Assembly: GCA_002792315.1 (NCBI GenBank)
Contig: PFOB01000019.1
Location: 1-58,443, forward strand
Length of the DNA stretch: 58,443 nt
Direction of reading: 5' to 3'
Source of the DNA: Candidatus Roizmanbacteria bacterium CG_4_10_14_0_2_um_filter_39_13
GTDB lineage: Bacteria; Patescibacteriota; Microgenomatia; UBA1406; GWC2-37-13
A model generated the notes under the pieces. The model did not search any database and had not been told where the DNA came from. It was given only the letters and a program-made list of their open reading frames with translations. Made by a program: the position numbers and the translations under genes. Within the stretch, counting starts at the first letter, position 1. Every line of letters starts with the position of its first letter. Below are positions 44,762 to 54,147 of the stretch, in pieces.

Positions 44762-46246
44762 ATGGATGATACTGAAAAAAAGGAGATAAATCAACAATCA
44801 CCTCAACCAATACAAGGATCTATCATTCCTGAGGAGGTCTCATCAGAGATCGAACATCCCGAAGAAATATCAGGAAGTATTCCTCCCGATTTTCCAACAG
44901 ATGTTCCGATATATCAGGAAAATAATAATAAACCACTGTTTATAATTGGCACAATTATATTTTTCTTAATTGTTTTTGGACTGATTTACTGGTTCTTTCT
45001 TCGTGATTTGATAAATCCACCATCATCAACACCACAAGCTGCGCAAGGAGAGGTAACGCTTACCTATTGGGGACTTTGGGATGAAAAAGAGGTATTCCAA
45101 CCTTTGATTGATGAGTATCAAATAAAGAATCCAAAAATATCGATTCAATATGAGAAAATGTCTCCCGATCAGTATCGGGAGCGTCTTCTTGCAAGAAGTC
45201 AAACGGGAAATGGACCTGATATTTTTCGGTTTCATAATACATGGATCCCTGAAATACAAGAGGTTCTCACTCCTCTTCCGAGCGACATTATGACCGTCGA
45301 TGAATTTAATAGCACTTTTTATCCTATTTTTCAGAAAGATCTCAAAATTTCTGAACAATACTATGGCATTCCACTGATGGTTGATGGGACGGTACTTATC
45401 TACAATGAAGATATTCTCAAGCAGGCAGGCTTACAGATCCCGCCAAGTACATGGGTTGGAGATGGAAATGATGTTTTTTCGGCATTAAAACAACTTACCG
45501 TGAAAGATACCAATGATTCCATAATTACGGCAGGAATGGCTATTGGATCTGCAACAAATGTTGAACATTTTGGCGAAATCTTTGGTGTTCTCCTTTTGTT
45601 AAATGGCGGAGATTTTAAGGATCTGACGACGCCAGAGGCAGCCGAAGCTCTTGAGCTGTATCGAAAATTTTCTGAAGATGGTTATTGGAATGATGAGATG
45701 CCAATTTCAACCACCGCATTTATTCAAGGGAAGGTTGCAATGATTTTAGGACCTTCTTGGCAAATTATAAATATCAAAAGTCAAAATCCTGAACTAAATA
45801 TTAAGGTTGCCGACGTGCCAAAGGGGATTGATGATGCAGCAGTATCCATAGCAAACTACTGGGTAGAGGGGGTTAATAAGAATAATAATCATCAAGCCGA
45901 GGCGTGGAAATTTCTGAAGTATTTATCAGAAAAAGAACAGTTATTAAAGATGCATGAGGCTCAATCAAAAATGCGACTTTTTGGATCTGCATATCCGCGA
46001 AAGGATATGGGTGAACTTCTCAAAGATCATCCATACCTGGGAGCTGTTGTCCGACAGGCAGAAAATGATGTCTTCGTCTCTCTTCCTTTGATTGATCGCA
46101 CATTTGATGCAGGACTGAATGATGAAATTTTAAAGTATCTTGAAGTTGCCATAACATCTTCTTCACTTGGAACCGATTATTCTGCAGCGTTGAGCACTGC
46201 AGGGCAAGGAATCAAAACAGTACTTGATCGGTATAAGATTGAATAG
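44762..46246 (+). CDS. membrane-anchored extracellular solute-binding protein (family 1-like), no cognate ABC genes nearby
   Basis: Acidic cytoplasmic N-terminus and one TM (aa 58-80). VTLTYWGLWDE...PDIFRFHNTWIPE is a typical sugar-type SBP beginning. Confidence 0.7.
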   Translation: MDDTEKKEINQQSPQPIQGSIIPEEVSSEIEHPEEISGSIPPDFPTDVPIYQENNNKPLFIIGTIIFFLIVFGLIYWFFLRDLINPPSSTPQAAQGEVTLTYWGLWDEKEVFQPLIDEYQIKNPKISIQYEKMSPDQYRERLLARSQTGNGPDIFRFHNTWIPEIQEVLTPLPSDIMTVDEFNSTFYPIFQKDLKISEQYYGIPLMVDGTVLIYNEDILKQAGLQIPPSTWVGDGNDVFSALKQLTVKDTNDSIITAGMAIGSATNVEHFGEIFGVLLLLNGGDFKDLTTPEAAEALELYRKFSEDGYWNDEMPISTTAFIQGKVAMILGPSWQIINIKSQNPELNIKVADVPKGIDDAAVSIANYWVEGVNKNNNHQAEAWKFLKYLSEKEQLLKMHEAQSKMRLFGSAYPRKDMGELLKDHPYLGAVVRQAENDVFVSLPLIDRTFDAGLNDEILKYLEVAITSSSLGTDYSAALSTAGQGIKTVLDRYKIE

Positions 46247-46291
46247 GAGACCGTTGGATCTTAAAGAGTAATTATGCTAATATGAGGTTGT

Positions 46292-48427
46292 ATGGGCTTT
46301 TCGATACCATTCTTCAAAAAAAAATCAGAAAAATCTATCTACTTTGGTCTCTACATAACCGATGCATCGGCATTTGGTTTTGTTTTCGAGGTTACCAAGG
46401 GTCAAACCTACATCATTTCACAAAATACCTACAATCTTACTGCTGGCTTTGACAAAATCTTAGAAGATATAGATAATCTCATATCTGAGCTCGAATTAAA
46501 AACAAATCATCATCTCAGTCAGACAATTTTTTTTCTACACTCATGGATGATCGATGCGGAGACTTTTGAAATAAAAGCCCCTTACAAAGGTATCATTAAA
46601 AAACTATCCAAAGATCTTGAACTTGAGCCTTTGGGGTATATTGATGTGAAAGAAGCACTGGAACGATATTTTATTGAAAAATCGATCGTAAATACCGTTG
46701 CTATTGAAGTAAATAAAACAAAGCTCGGGGTAAGTGTTATAAAAGGAAATAAAATTGTTCATTCTCAATACATCGCGCGAACTGATGAAGTGGGGGATGA
46801 TCTCAATAGTGTATTTAAAGAGTTGCCCAAACATGTAGTTTTGCCAAATTCGATGAAAATATTTGGTGATGAAGATAAAGCTGAGATATCTTCGAAACTT
46901 GCAACGTACGAGTGGGATGAGGCTATATTTCCTCAGCATCCAACAATTGAAATTATCAAACAAGATGAGCTGAACCAAACGCTCGTAGAAACATTTACGA
47001 AAGAAATGATAATGAATACTGATTCAAAAGATTCGACTGGAGCTTCAGTTACGCAAGTAGCTTCGCCGAGCTCTGGAGCAAATGACGGTGTTCATTTTGG
47101 TTTTCTTGAAGGCAAGGATGTTTTGGCCGATACAAAACCTCCCATAATACTTTCAGCTCAAGACGCAAGTTCCTCTCAACAAACAATCATTAATTCTCAA
47201 AATGATGCATTTGATATCCAACCAGAAAAAAACGATACGGGAAAAATAAAAGACCCCTTTTCTTCAGAAGACACGGGAGAATCTCAAGGTGTAAACAAAA
47301 AGAAAATTGCGATTATCACCGCGATAACTGTTGTCGTAATCGTGGGCATTTTAGCATTTTACGAATATTTTCTTCACACGCTTCATATTAAAATATATCT
47401 CAAATCAAAAACGGTCGATCAAACATTTGACATTGATATTCCAATAAAAGATACAGAATCAAATGAACTTGTGGTGATTAAAAAGGATATTACTAATGAA
47501 TATTCAAATAAGAAGAATACATCAGGCGTGAGAGACGTAGGTGAAAATGCAACGGGAACTGTCCTCATGATTAACAAAGATAGCACAGAGAGGATATTTC
47601 AAAAAGAAACCGAGTTAAAAAAGGGTAATCTGATTTTTCTAACAGATTCTGAAGTAAAAGTGCCCGCTTCAAAATTGAATGAGGATAATGATGTAGAAAC
47701 AGGTAAAGCAAAAATATCAGTTACGGCAAAGGAAATTGGGGAGGAATACAATATAACTAAAGATACCCAACTTCAAGTAGAGTCTCTTTCAACATCCCTC
47801 TATCTTGCAATTGCTGATGATGCATTCACCGGAGGTTCAAAAAAGGAAGTTTCTACTGTCTCGAAAAAGGATATTGATGCTCTTGAAGCAGAAGCAGAGA
47901 AACAGGCCAAGCAGAATTCAGAAAATGTCTTGGGTACACAGATTAGTAATGATGAAATCATTATTTCTGATCTTACCTCCGCAAAAGTTATAGATACAAC
48001 ATTCTCAGGAGAGATCGGAGAAGAAGCAACGTCACTTTCAATCAAAGCAGAATCGGAGGTGGAATATTTTACCATTAAAAAAAATGTACTCTTAGCCAGT
48101 CTTAAAGAGCTTTTTGGTACTGAATTAGATTCTGGATATACTGTTGATTCTGATAATATTGATTACACTATCGAAGATGTAACGCAAGGAAAAGATGAGG
48201 TGCAATTATCAATTGATGCTTCTGCTACAACACATAAAGAAGTTCAGCTTGAAGAAATTAAATCCTTGTCACGAATGCATTTGGTCGGATCACTTGAAGA
48301 TGCATTAAAAAAAGATTTTGAGATTGAGAAGATTGAGACTGACCAACGATTTGGATGGATTCCTGTTCTTTCTTCTTGGGTTCCATTTTTTAGTAAAAAT
48401 ATCAGCATTAGCACTTCGGTGCGCTAA
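46292..48427 (+). CDS. 711-aa bitopic membrane protein of unknown function (structured cytoplasmic domain, disordered linker, TM, about 350-aa extracytoplasmic domain)
   Basis: Long intact ORF. Single TM IAIITAITVVVIVGILAFYEYFL at aa 339-361. No family motif I can name with confidence. Ends 3 nt before the sortase gene. Confidence 0.6.
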   Translation: MGFSIPFFKKKSEKSIYFGLYITDASAFGFVFEVTKGQTYIISQNTYNLTAGFDKILEDIDNLISELELKTNHHLSQTIFFLHSWMIDAETFEIKAPYKGIIKKLSKDLELEPLGYIDVKEALERYFIEKSIVNTVAIEVNKTKLGVSVIKGNKIVHSQYIARTDEVGDDLNSVFKELPKHVVLPNSMKIFGDEDKAEISSKLATYEWDEAIFPQHPTIEIIKQDELNQTLVETFTKEMIMNTDSKDSTGASVTQVASPSSGANDGVHFGFLEGKDVLADTKPPIILSAQDASSSQQTIINSQNDAFDIQPEKNDTGKIKDPFSSEDTGESQGVNKKKIAIITAITVVVIVGILAFYEYFLHTLHIKIYLKSKTVDQTFDIDIPIKDTESNELVVIKKDITNEYSNKKNTSGVRDVGENATGTVLMINKDSTERIFQKETELKKGNLIFLTDSEVKVPASKLNEDNDVETGKAKISVTAKEIGEEYNITKDTQLQVESLSTSLYLAIADDAFTGGSKKEVSTVSKKDIDALEAEAEKQAKQNSENVLGTQISNDEIIISDLTSAKVIDTTFSGEIGEEATSLSIKAESEVEYFTIKKNVLLASLKELFGTELDSGYTVDSDNIDYTIEDVTQGKDEVQLSIDASATTHKEVQLEEIKSLSRMHLVGSLEDALKKDFEIEKIETDQRFGWIPVLSSWVPFFSKNISISTSVR

Positions 48428-48430
48428 CAT

Positions 48431-49186
48431 ATGCCCCTAAAAGTATACCGAAAGGAGAATGTCTCTAAACGCAAACAGACAATCCATGTGATTTCATATG
48501 GAATATTATTTATTGGGGCAGGATTTTTATTTTGGGCTTTTTATCCCTTGGTGTCATTTGAACTATATGCACAGCTTTTTTTGAGGCGAACGGCCGCATC
48601 ACCTCTTCCTGAATCTCAAACGGTATCTTCTCTTGAATTTGCACAATCAGTGTATGCGGATGGGTTGTCTCTTTCAAACAATCTAAGAGATTTTACTCAG
48701 GCAAACGTATGGTTTCCCACATCAAATCTTCCCGTCGGTCGAGACGATTTGGACACCGATTCATTTACTCTATCGATTCCACGATTGAATTTGAGCAATT
48801 TAAACGTCTTGGTCGGAGGAAGCGATCTTTCTAAAAGTCTGATTCACTATTTGCCCTCATCTCTTCCTGGACAATATGGAAATGTCGCAATTTTTGGACA
48901 TTCTACTTTACCACAGCTCTTTAATCCAAAAGATTATAAAACGGTTTTTACCTACCTCCCAAAACTTGAGGTTGGGGATAATGTATTTATTCAAATCAAT
49001 GGTGGGCAGTATGAATATGAAGTGTATGATATGTATATAGTGAATCCAGATGAGGTATCGGTTCTCGAACAACAATTTAATGATTCAATTTTAACTCTGG
49101 TGACGTGTGTACCGCCGGGCACCTATTTACAACGTCTTGTGGTCAAAGCTCGACTGGTTCGAGATACATCACTTTCTCTCAAATAA
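48431..49186 (+). CDS. sortase-family transpeptidase
   Basis: N-terminal TM, catalytic His in AIFGHS, TLVTCVPPG (TLxTC Cys), and Arg in QRLVVKA. Confidence 0.8.
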   Translation: MPLKVYRKENVSKRKQTIHVISYGILFIGAGFLFWAFYPLVSFELYAQLFLRRTAASPLPESQTVSSLEFAQSVYADGLSLSNNLRDFTQANVWFPTSNLPVGRDDLDTDSFTLSIPRLNLSNLNVLVGGSDLSKSLIHYLPSSLPGQYGNVAIFGHSTLPQLFNPKDYKTVFTYLPKLEVGDNVFIQINGGQYEYEVYDMYIVNPDEVSVLEQQFNDSILTLVTCVPPGTYLQRLVVKARLVRDTSLSLK

Positions 49187-49212
49187 TTTCCTATTTATCC
49201 CGTCCTATAGTT

Positions 49213-49221
49213 TGGTACAAT
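49213..49221 (+). promoter_or_regulatory. extended -10 (TGgTACAAT) immediately upstream of the second class A PBP gene
   Basis: TG at 49213-49214 and TACAAT at 49216-49221. The ATG at 49227 is 5 nt downstream with no Shine-Dalgarno sequence. Confidence 0.35.
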
Positions 49222-49226
49222 AGTGC

Positions 49227-51530
49227 ATGCTGAAACAGACATCCGTTACCTATCGTATGGTTGAAATTTGGATTGCACGTGCAATCTATTTTTTTCTCTA
49301 TTTTATTGCATTGTTCATCGTTTCTCTTGGAGAAGTAACATTTAAAAGCGTATATTATCCTCTTCTTTACATAAATAAAACCGTTTTTCAAATATACTCA
49401 TTTTTTACTGGAGTAGTTTTTATTGGCTTTGTTAAATCAGGAATCAATAATATTTCTACTATTATTGTGAGTACGCCAAAGTTTATTTCACTTCTTCTAA
49501 AATCATCAATTAAGTTGGTTGAATCTTTTGTGTTTTGGGTTTTGTTTCTGGGTATATCATTACTGCGTTTTTTTAGAAGTCTCTATTTTCGCTATTTTAT
49601 ATATGGCTTTGTTTTTTGTCTGCTTATGATATTTGTATATCAATCGTTTCTTTTTGTGAATGATCTCCCCTCACCAAAATCAATTGGAGAAGTAAACTTT
49701 GCCCAATCTACTCACCTCTATGATCGAAATGGACGACTGTTATATGAAATATTTAGAGATTATAATCGAACAAAAGTAGAGCTTTCTGATCTACCAAAAA
49801 CCATTGTTCAAGCAACTATTTCAATTGAAGATAAGCATTTTTACAATCACAAGGGAATCTCATTTTTTGGTGGAGTACTTCGCGCCGTTAAAGAAACACT
49901 TGCAACAAATGAACTTCAAGGAGGATCAACAATTACGCAACAATTGGTAAAAAGTGCTCTTCTTACTCCTGAACGCACGATGGAGCGAAAACTAAAGGAA
50001 ATGGTGCTTGCTTTATGGACCGAGCAAATATATTCAAAAGATCAGATTATGGAAATGTATCTCAATCAAGTTGCGTATGGTGGATCTGCATATGGTGTTG
50101 AGGAAGGAGCAAAAGTTTATTTTGGAAAAAATGCACGAGATTTGACTTTGAGCGAATCAGCGCTTCTTGCTGGACTGACTCGAGCACCCTCAATCTATTC
50201 ACCATTCATCAATCCAGATCTTGCAGAAAAAAGAAGAAATCAAGTATTGAATGAAATGTATTTAATCGGATACATTTCTCAGAAGGAGAAAGAAGCTGCT
50301 CAAAATGAACCATTAAATGTACAATCTCCAACTACCAATATTCGAGCTCCACATTTTGTTATGCACACGCGAACCTATCTTGAACAAGAATATGGAAGCA
50401 AACAAATTGAAGAGGCCGGTTTTCGGATTACTACTACCCTTGATCTTGAGATACAGGACAAAGCGCAACAAATTCTTCAAGAAGAAATAAGTCGCCTGAA
50501 GGCACGAAATATTTCAAATGGAGGTGTCATTGTATTAAATCCTGAAACGGGAGAAATACTTGCTATGGTAGGATCAGTGGACTATTTCAAAGATAAATAT
50601 GGAGCGTTTAATGTCACCACCGCCCTCAGGCAACCGGGGTCAGCCCTCAAGCCGGTACTGTACTCAATGGCATTATCTCGTGGATTTACAGCCGCAACAC
50701 CAATTGATGATTCGCCGATCATCTTTCATATTCCCGGGAGTGAGTCATATAAGCCCGTCAATTACGACAGGCGGTATCACGGGAGAGTTTCTATTCGACA
50801 AGCGCTTGCAAACTCTTACAATATCCCTGCTGTCAAGGTTCTCAATTCTCTTGGGGTACAATCATTTGTCGATTTTGCACAAGAAATGGGGATAAACACA
50901 TGGGAAGATTCGTCTCGATTTGGACTCTCTTTAAGTCTTGGTGGAGGTGAAGTGACACTCCTTGATCTTTCACAAGTATTTGGTGTGTTTGCAAACGGTG
51001 GATATCGGGTTAAGCCAAGTCCTGTTGGTTCAATTGTTGATAGTAATGAGCGGAAAATTCAAGAGTTATACAGTTCAAAAACAAAAGTACTGGATGAAGG
51101 AGTCTCATTTATCATTTCCGATATTCTTGCAGATAATAATGCGCGAATGCCCGCTTTTGGTCGGGCAAATTTACTTAACATTCCCGGACATACGGTATCG
51201 GTGAAAACAGGAACCACAAACGATTTTAAAGACGCATGGACCGTGGGATACACTTCAAAGGTAGTAGTTGGTGTTTGGGTTGGGAACAACGATAATAGTC
51301 CCATGGACAGTGCTCCCGGATCTTTGGCAGCAGCACCAATCTTTAAACGGCTGATGACCTACCTTCTTGAAGAAAAAGATATGGAAGGTGAGATTCAAAA
51401 GCCGCCAAATGTGGTCGGAAAACCATGCTATGTGGGAAAAACAGAATATTTTCTCACGGGGACTGAATCTAAAAGCGGATGTTTTGACACGATCATAAAA
51501 CCAGGAACTCCAACACCAATGAGCAATTGA
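49227..51530 (+). CDS. class A penicillin-binding protein, copy 2, with long hydrophobic N-terminal extension
   Basis: EDKHFYNHKGI, GGSTITQQLVK, RKLKE, SALKP (SxxK) and KTGTTND. About 150 aa with several hydrophobic helices precede the GT51 domain. Confidence 0.9.
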   Translation: MLKQTSVTYRMVEIWIARAIYFFLYFIALFIVSLGEVTFKSVYYPLLYINKTVFQIYSFFTGVVFIGFVKSGINNISTIIVSTPKFISLLLKSSIKLVESFVFWVLFLGISLLRFFRSLYFRYFIYGFVFCLLMIFVYQSFLFVNDLPSPKSIGEVNFAQSTHLYDRNGRLLYEIFRDYNRTKVELSDLPKTIVQATISIEDKHFYNHKGISFFGGVLRAVKETLATNELQGGSTITQQLVKSALLTPERTMERKLKEMVLALWTEQIYSKDQIMEMYLNQVAYGGSAYGVEEGAKVYFGKNARDLTLSESALLAGLTRAPSIYSPFINPDLAEKRRNQVLNEMYLIGYISQKEKEAAQNEPLNVQSPTTNIRAPHFVMHTRTYLEQEYGSKQIEEAGFRITTTLDLEIQDKAQQILQEEISRLKARNISNGGVIVLNPETGEILAMVGSVDYFKDKYGAFNVTTALRQPGSALKPVLYSMALSRGFTAATPIDDSPIIFHIPGSESYKPVNYDRRYHGRVSIRQALANSYNIPAVKVLNSLGVQSFVDFAQEMGINTWEDSSRFGLSLSLGGGEVTLLDLSQVFGVFANGGYRVKPSPVGSIVDSNERKIQELYSSKTKVLDEGVSFIISDILADNNARMPAFGRANLLNIPGHTVSVKTGTTNDFKDAWTVGYTSKVVVGVWVGNNDNSPMDSAPGSLAAAPIFKRLMTYLLEEKDMEGEIQKPPNVVGKPCYVGKTEYFLTGTESKSGCFDTIIKPGTPTPMSN

Positions 51531-52891
51531 TTCATTATAATGATCATATGAGCTCCTCTTTTACCTTCGACCAAATCGTATTGAATCCAAAAACAGGTGA
51601 GATTCACTTCTTATATATTTTGACAAAAGATACGGTGACGCATCGATTTGATGAAAAAATGAGTTTTCCCCTATCTGAAAAGTTGAATGAAACAGATCCG
51701 CTCGTGCAAAAAATATTGCAGTCAGTACATGTCGCACTGGGAATGAGCTATTGGAAGCTGTACTGTCCAACAGAGATTTCCTTTTCATCATATCAATTAT
51801 CAAAAACAGAGGCAGATTTTTGGAATACTATTTATACCAAAGGAATGGGGGAGTTTTATTTTAAAAATTCTCTTGATTATCGCAATTTAATGCACTTTCC
51901 CTTTGATGAGTCGATTCAAAATGGTCAGACTGATTGTAAATTGAAGGACAGAAGTTTGGTTGGAATGGGAGGAGGAAAGGATTCAATTGTTTCCGCCCGA
52001 TTACTTCAAAATGCATCAAAGAGCTTTGATGGTTTTATCGTCGAAACTCAAAAAAAGTATTCAGTGGTGAGTGGAGTTTCTGAGGAGCTAAACGTAAAAA
52101 CAATTACGGTTGACCGTTTTATTGACCCGCAGTTGTTTGAGGTAAATAATAGAGCTGATGTTTATAATGGTCATGTTCCCATTTCAGTAATATATGCATT
52201 TCTTGGCGTGCTTTGTGCGTACCTATATGATTATCGAAATGTGATCGTATCAAATGAGCGAAGCTCGGATTATGGAAATATTGAATATTTGGGTGAAATG
52301 ATCAATCATCAGTGGAGTAAATCATCGGAGTTTGAACAGCTTTTTCAGAAATTCATTTCTCAAACTCTTACCCCTGAAATCCATTATTTTTCATTACTGC
52401 GCCCCCTTTCAGAGCTTCAAATTGCCCAAATATTTTCTAAGGAAAAGAGGTTTCACCAGATCTTTTCAAGCTGTAACAGAAATTTTGCCATTCATAATCC
52501 GGGTTCACATCTTTGGTGTGGCACGTGCCCAAAGTGTGCATTTACCTTTATCCTTATGGCTGCATATTCTTCAAAGGGAGAAGTGTTAAATATATTTGGA
52601 GACAATTTTCTTGATAAAAAAGAATTATTCCCCTTATATAAACAGTTATTTGGCACCGAGGGACATAAGCCGTTTGAATGCGTGGGTACGCCGGCTGAAG
52701 CCGTCGTTGCAATGACCCTCATTCATGAAAAGCAGGAGTTTGAGGATTCACTTGTTATGAAGGAGTTTGTTCAAAACATACTACCCGATAATGATTCAGT
52801 TAATAAACTGAAGTATGATGTGTTGGTTTTCAAATCGCGCCATATGATTCCTGATGAATTTCAATCCATTATTCCAAACAGCTTATTATGA
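51527..52891 (+). CDS. PP-loop ATP-pyrophosphatase-fold protein; candidate MurL-type UDP-MurNAc-L-Ala-L-Glu epimerase
   Basis: GGGKDS PP-loop at aa 148-153 (nt 51968-51985) and a Cys cluster WCGTCPKCAF. TTGA overlap with the PBP gene and ATGA overlap with murD. The start could be ATG 51548. Confidence 0.45.
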   Translation: MIHYNDHMSSSFTFDQIVLNPKTGEIHFLYILTKDTVTHRFDEKMSFPLSEKLNETDPLVQKILQSVHVALGMSYWKLYCPTEISFSSYQLSKTEADFWNTIYTKGMGEFYFKNSLDYRNLMHFPFDESIQNGQTDCKLKDRSLVGMGGGKDSIVSARLLQNASKSFDGFIVETQKKYSVVSGVSEELNVKTITVDRFIDPQLFEVNNRADVYNGHVPISVIYAFLGVLCAYLYDYRNVIVSNERSSDYGNIEYLGEMINHQWSKSSEFEQLFQKFISQTLTPEIHYFSLLRPLSELQIAQIFSKEKRFHQIFSSCNRNFAIHNPGSHLWCGTCPKCAFTFILMAAYSSKGEVLNIFGDNFLDKKELFPLYKQLFGTEGHKPFECVGTPAEAVVAMTLIHEKQEFEDSLVMKEFVQNILPDNDSVNKLKYDVLVFKSRHMIPDEFQSIIPNSLL

Positions 52892-54147
52892 TAAAAAAAT
52901 TATCTGATTTTGCGGAAAAAAAAGTATTGATCCTTGGATATGGAATGGAAGGGAAAAGTACCGAGGAGTATATCCGCTTTACATATCCACAAATGAAAAT
53001 AGGAACTGCTGATCAGGCAGATGGTTCGAATTATCTCATGGAACAAGAGAAGTATGATTTCGTCATAAAAACTCCGGGAATTCCTAAAAAATACGTGACC
53101 AAACCGTATACAACGGCTACTAATATATTTTTTGAAAAGATTCCCAAAAATCAGATCATTGGAGTAACGGGATCAAAAGGAAAAAGTACTACAGCGTCGC
53201 TTATTGCATACATTTTAAAAGAGTCAGGAAAAGATGTTCGACTTATTGGAAACATCGGAGAACCAGCGCTCAAGTCGCTACTTACTTCCTATTCCTCGAA
53301 TACGATTTTTGTTTACGAACTTTCTAGCTATCAACTTGATGATATGCATTATTCGCCACATATTTCCGTAATTACGTCTCTCTTTCCGGAACATATTCCA
53401 TACCATGGATCAGTTAAAAAATACTACGAAGCAAAACACTCGATTCTTACATGTGCAGATGCTACAGATTATTATATTTACAATAATTCCTATGAAATTC
53501 TTAATAGGTGGGGACATGATTTTCTCGGCAATAAAATCGCGGTAAAAGGATTGACGAATCATTATGAGACAAAATTAATTGGCGTACACAACTTTGAGAA
53601 TATTGAATTAGCGCTTGCCGTTTCTCGATTGTTTAATATCTCTGAAAACGAGTATTTTCAGAGTGTAAAATCATTTCAACCTCTTCCTCATCGGTTAGAA
53701 AACATTGGCACATTCCATGAAATTACTTTTTTTGATGATGCAATTTCGACGACCCCTGAATCAACAATTGCCGCATTGAATGCGATTGAAAATGTTGAAA
53801 CAATATTTCTGGGAGGTGAAGATCGTGGGTATGATTTTCATCAATTAGGTGTAGAACTTCAAAAATATCACATACAAAACATTGTTTTGTTTCCTGATAC
53901 TGGAGCTAAAATAGAATTAATTATAAATGAGCTTAATGATTATCATCCAAGAATATTACATACTTCAGAAATGAAAGATGCGGTGGAATTTGCATACAAA
54001 TATACAAAAAGTCACTCGAATTGCCTTCTTTCAACTGCATCGCCAAGCTATTCTATATGGAAAAATTTTATTGAAAAGGGGACACTGTTTCAAACATTTG
54101 TTAAACAATATGCGCAGGAAAACCAGAATCCGAAATCTTCGAGCTGA
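52888..54147 (+). CDS. murD: UDP-N-acetylmuramoyl-L-alanine--glutamate ligase (MurD family; D-Glu or L-Glu specificity not decidable)
   Basis: N-terminal Rossmann VLILGYGMEGKS and P-loop GVTGSKGKSTT. dcw context before ftsW. Confidence 0.85.
   Translation: MIKKLSDFAEKKVLILGYGMEGKSTEEYIRFTYPQMKIGTADQADGSNYLMEQEKYDFVIKTPGIPKKYVTKPYTTATNIFFEKIPKNQIIGVTGSKGKSTTASLIAYILKESGKDVRLIGNIGEPALKSLLTSYSSNTIFVYELSSYQLDDMHYSPHISVITSLFPEHIPYHGSVKKYYEAKHSILTCADATDYYIYNNSYEILNRWGHDFLGNKIAVKGLTNHYETKLIGVHNFENIELALAVSRLFNISENEYFQSVKSFQPLPHRLENIGTFHEITFFDDAISTTPESTIAALNAIENVETIFLGGEDRGYDFHQLGVELQKYHIQNIVLFPDTGAKIELIINELNDYHPRILHTSEMKDAVEFAYKYTKSHSNCLLSTASPSYSIWKNFIEKGTLFQTFVKQYAQENQNPKSSS

Noticed and set aside
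53978-54109. Long 5' extensions of tracked ORFs: ftsW from 53978, rpsO from 9622, VanW to 44810, metG to 9320, helicase from 34352
   Set aside because: The extensions overlap neighbouring well-supported genes or promoters and add non-homologous residues. Internal ATGs give N-termini typical of each family.
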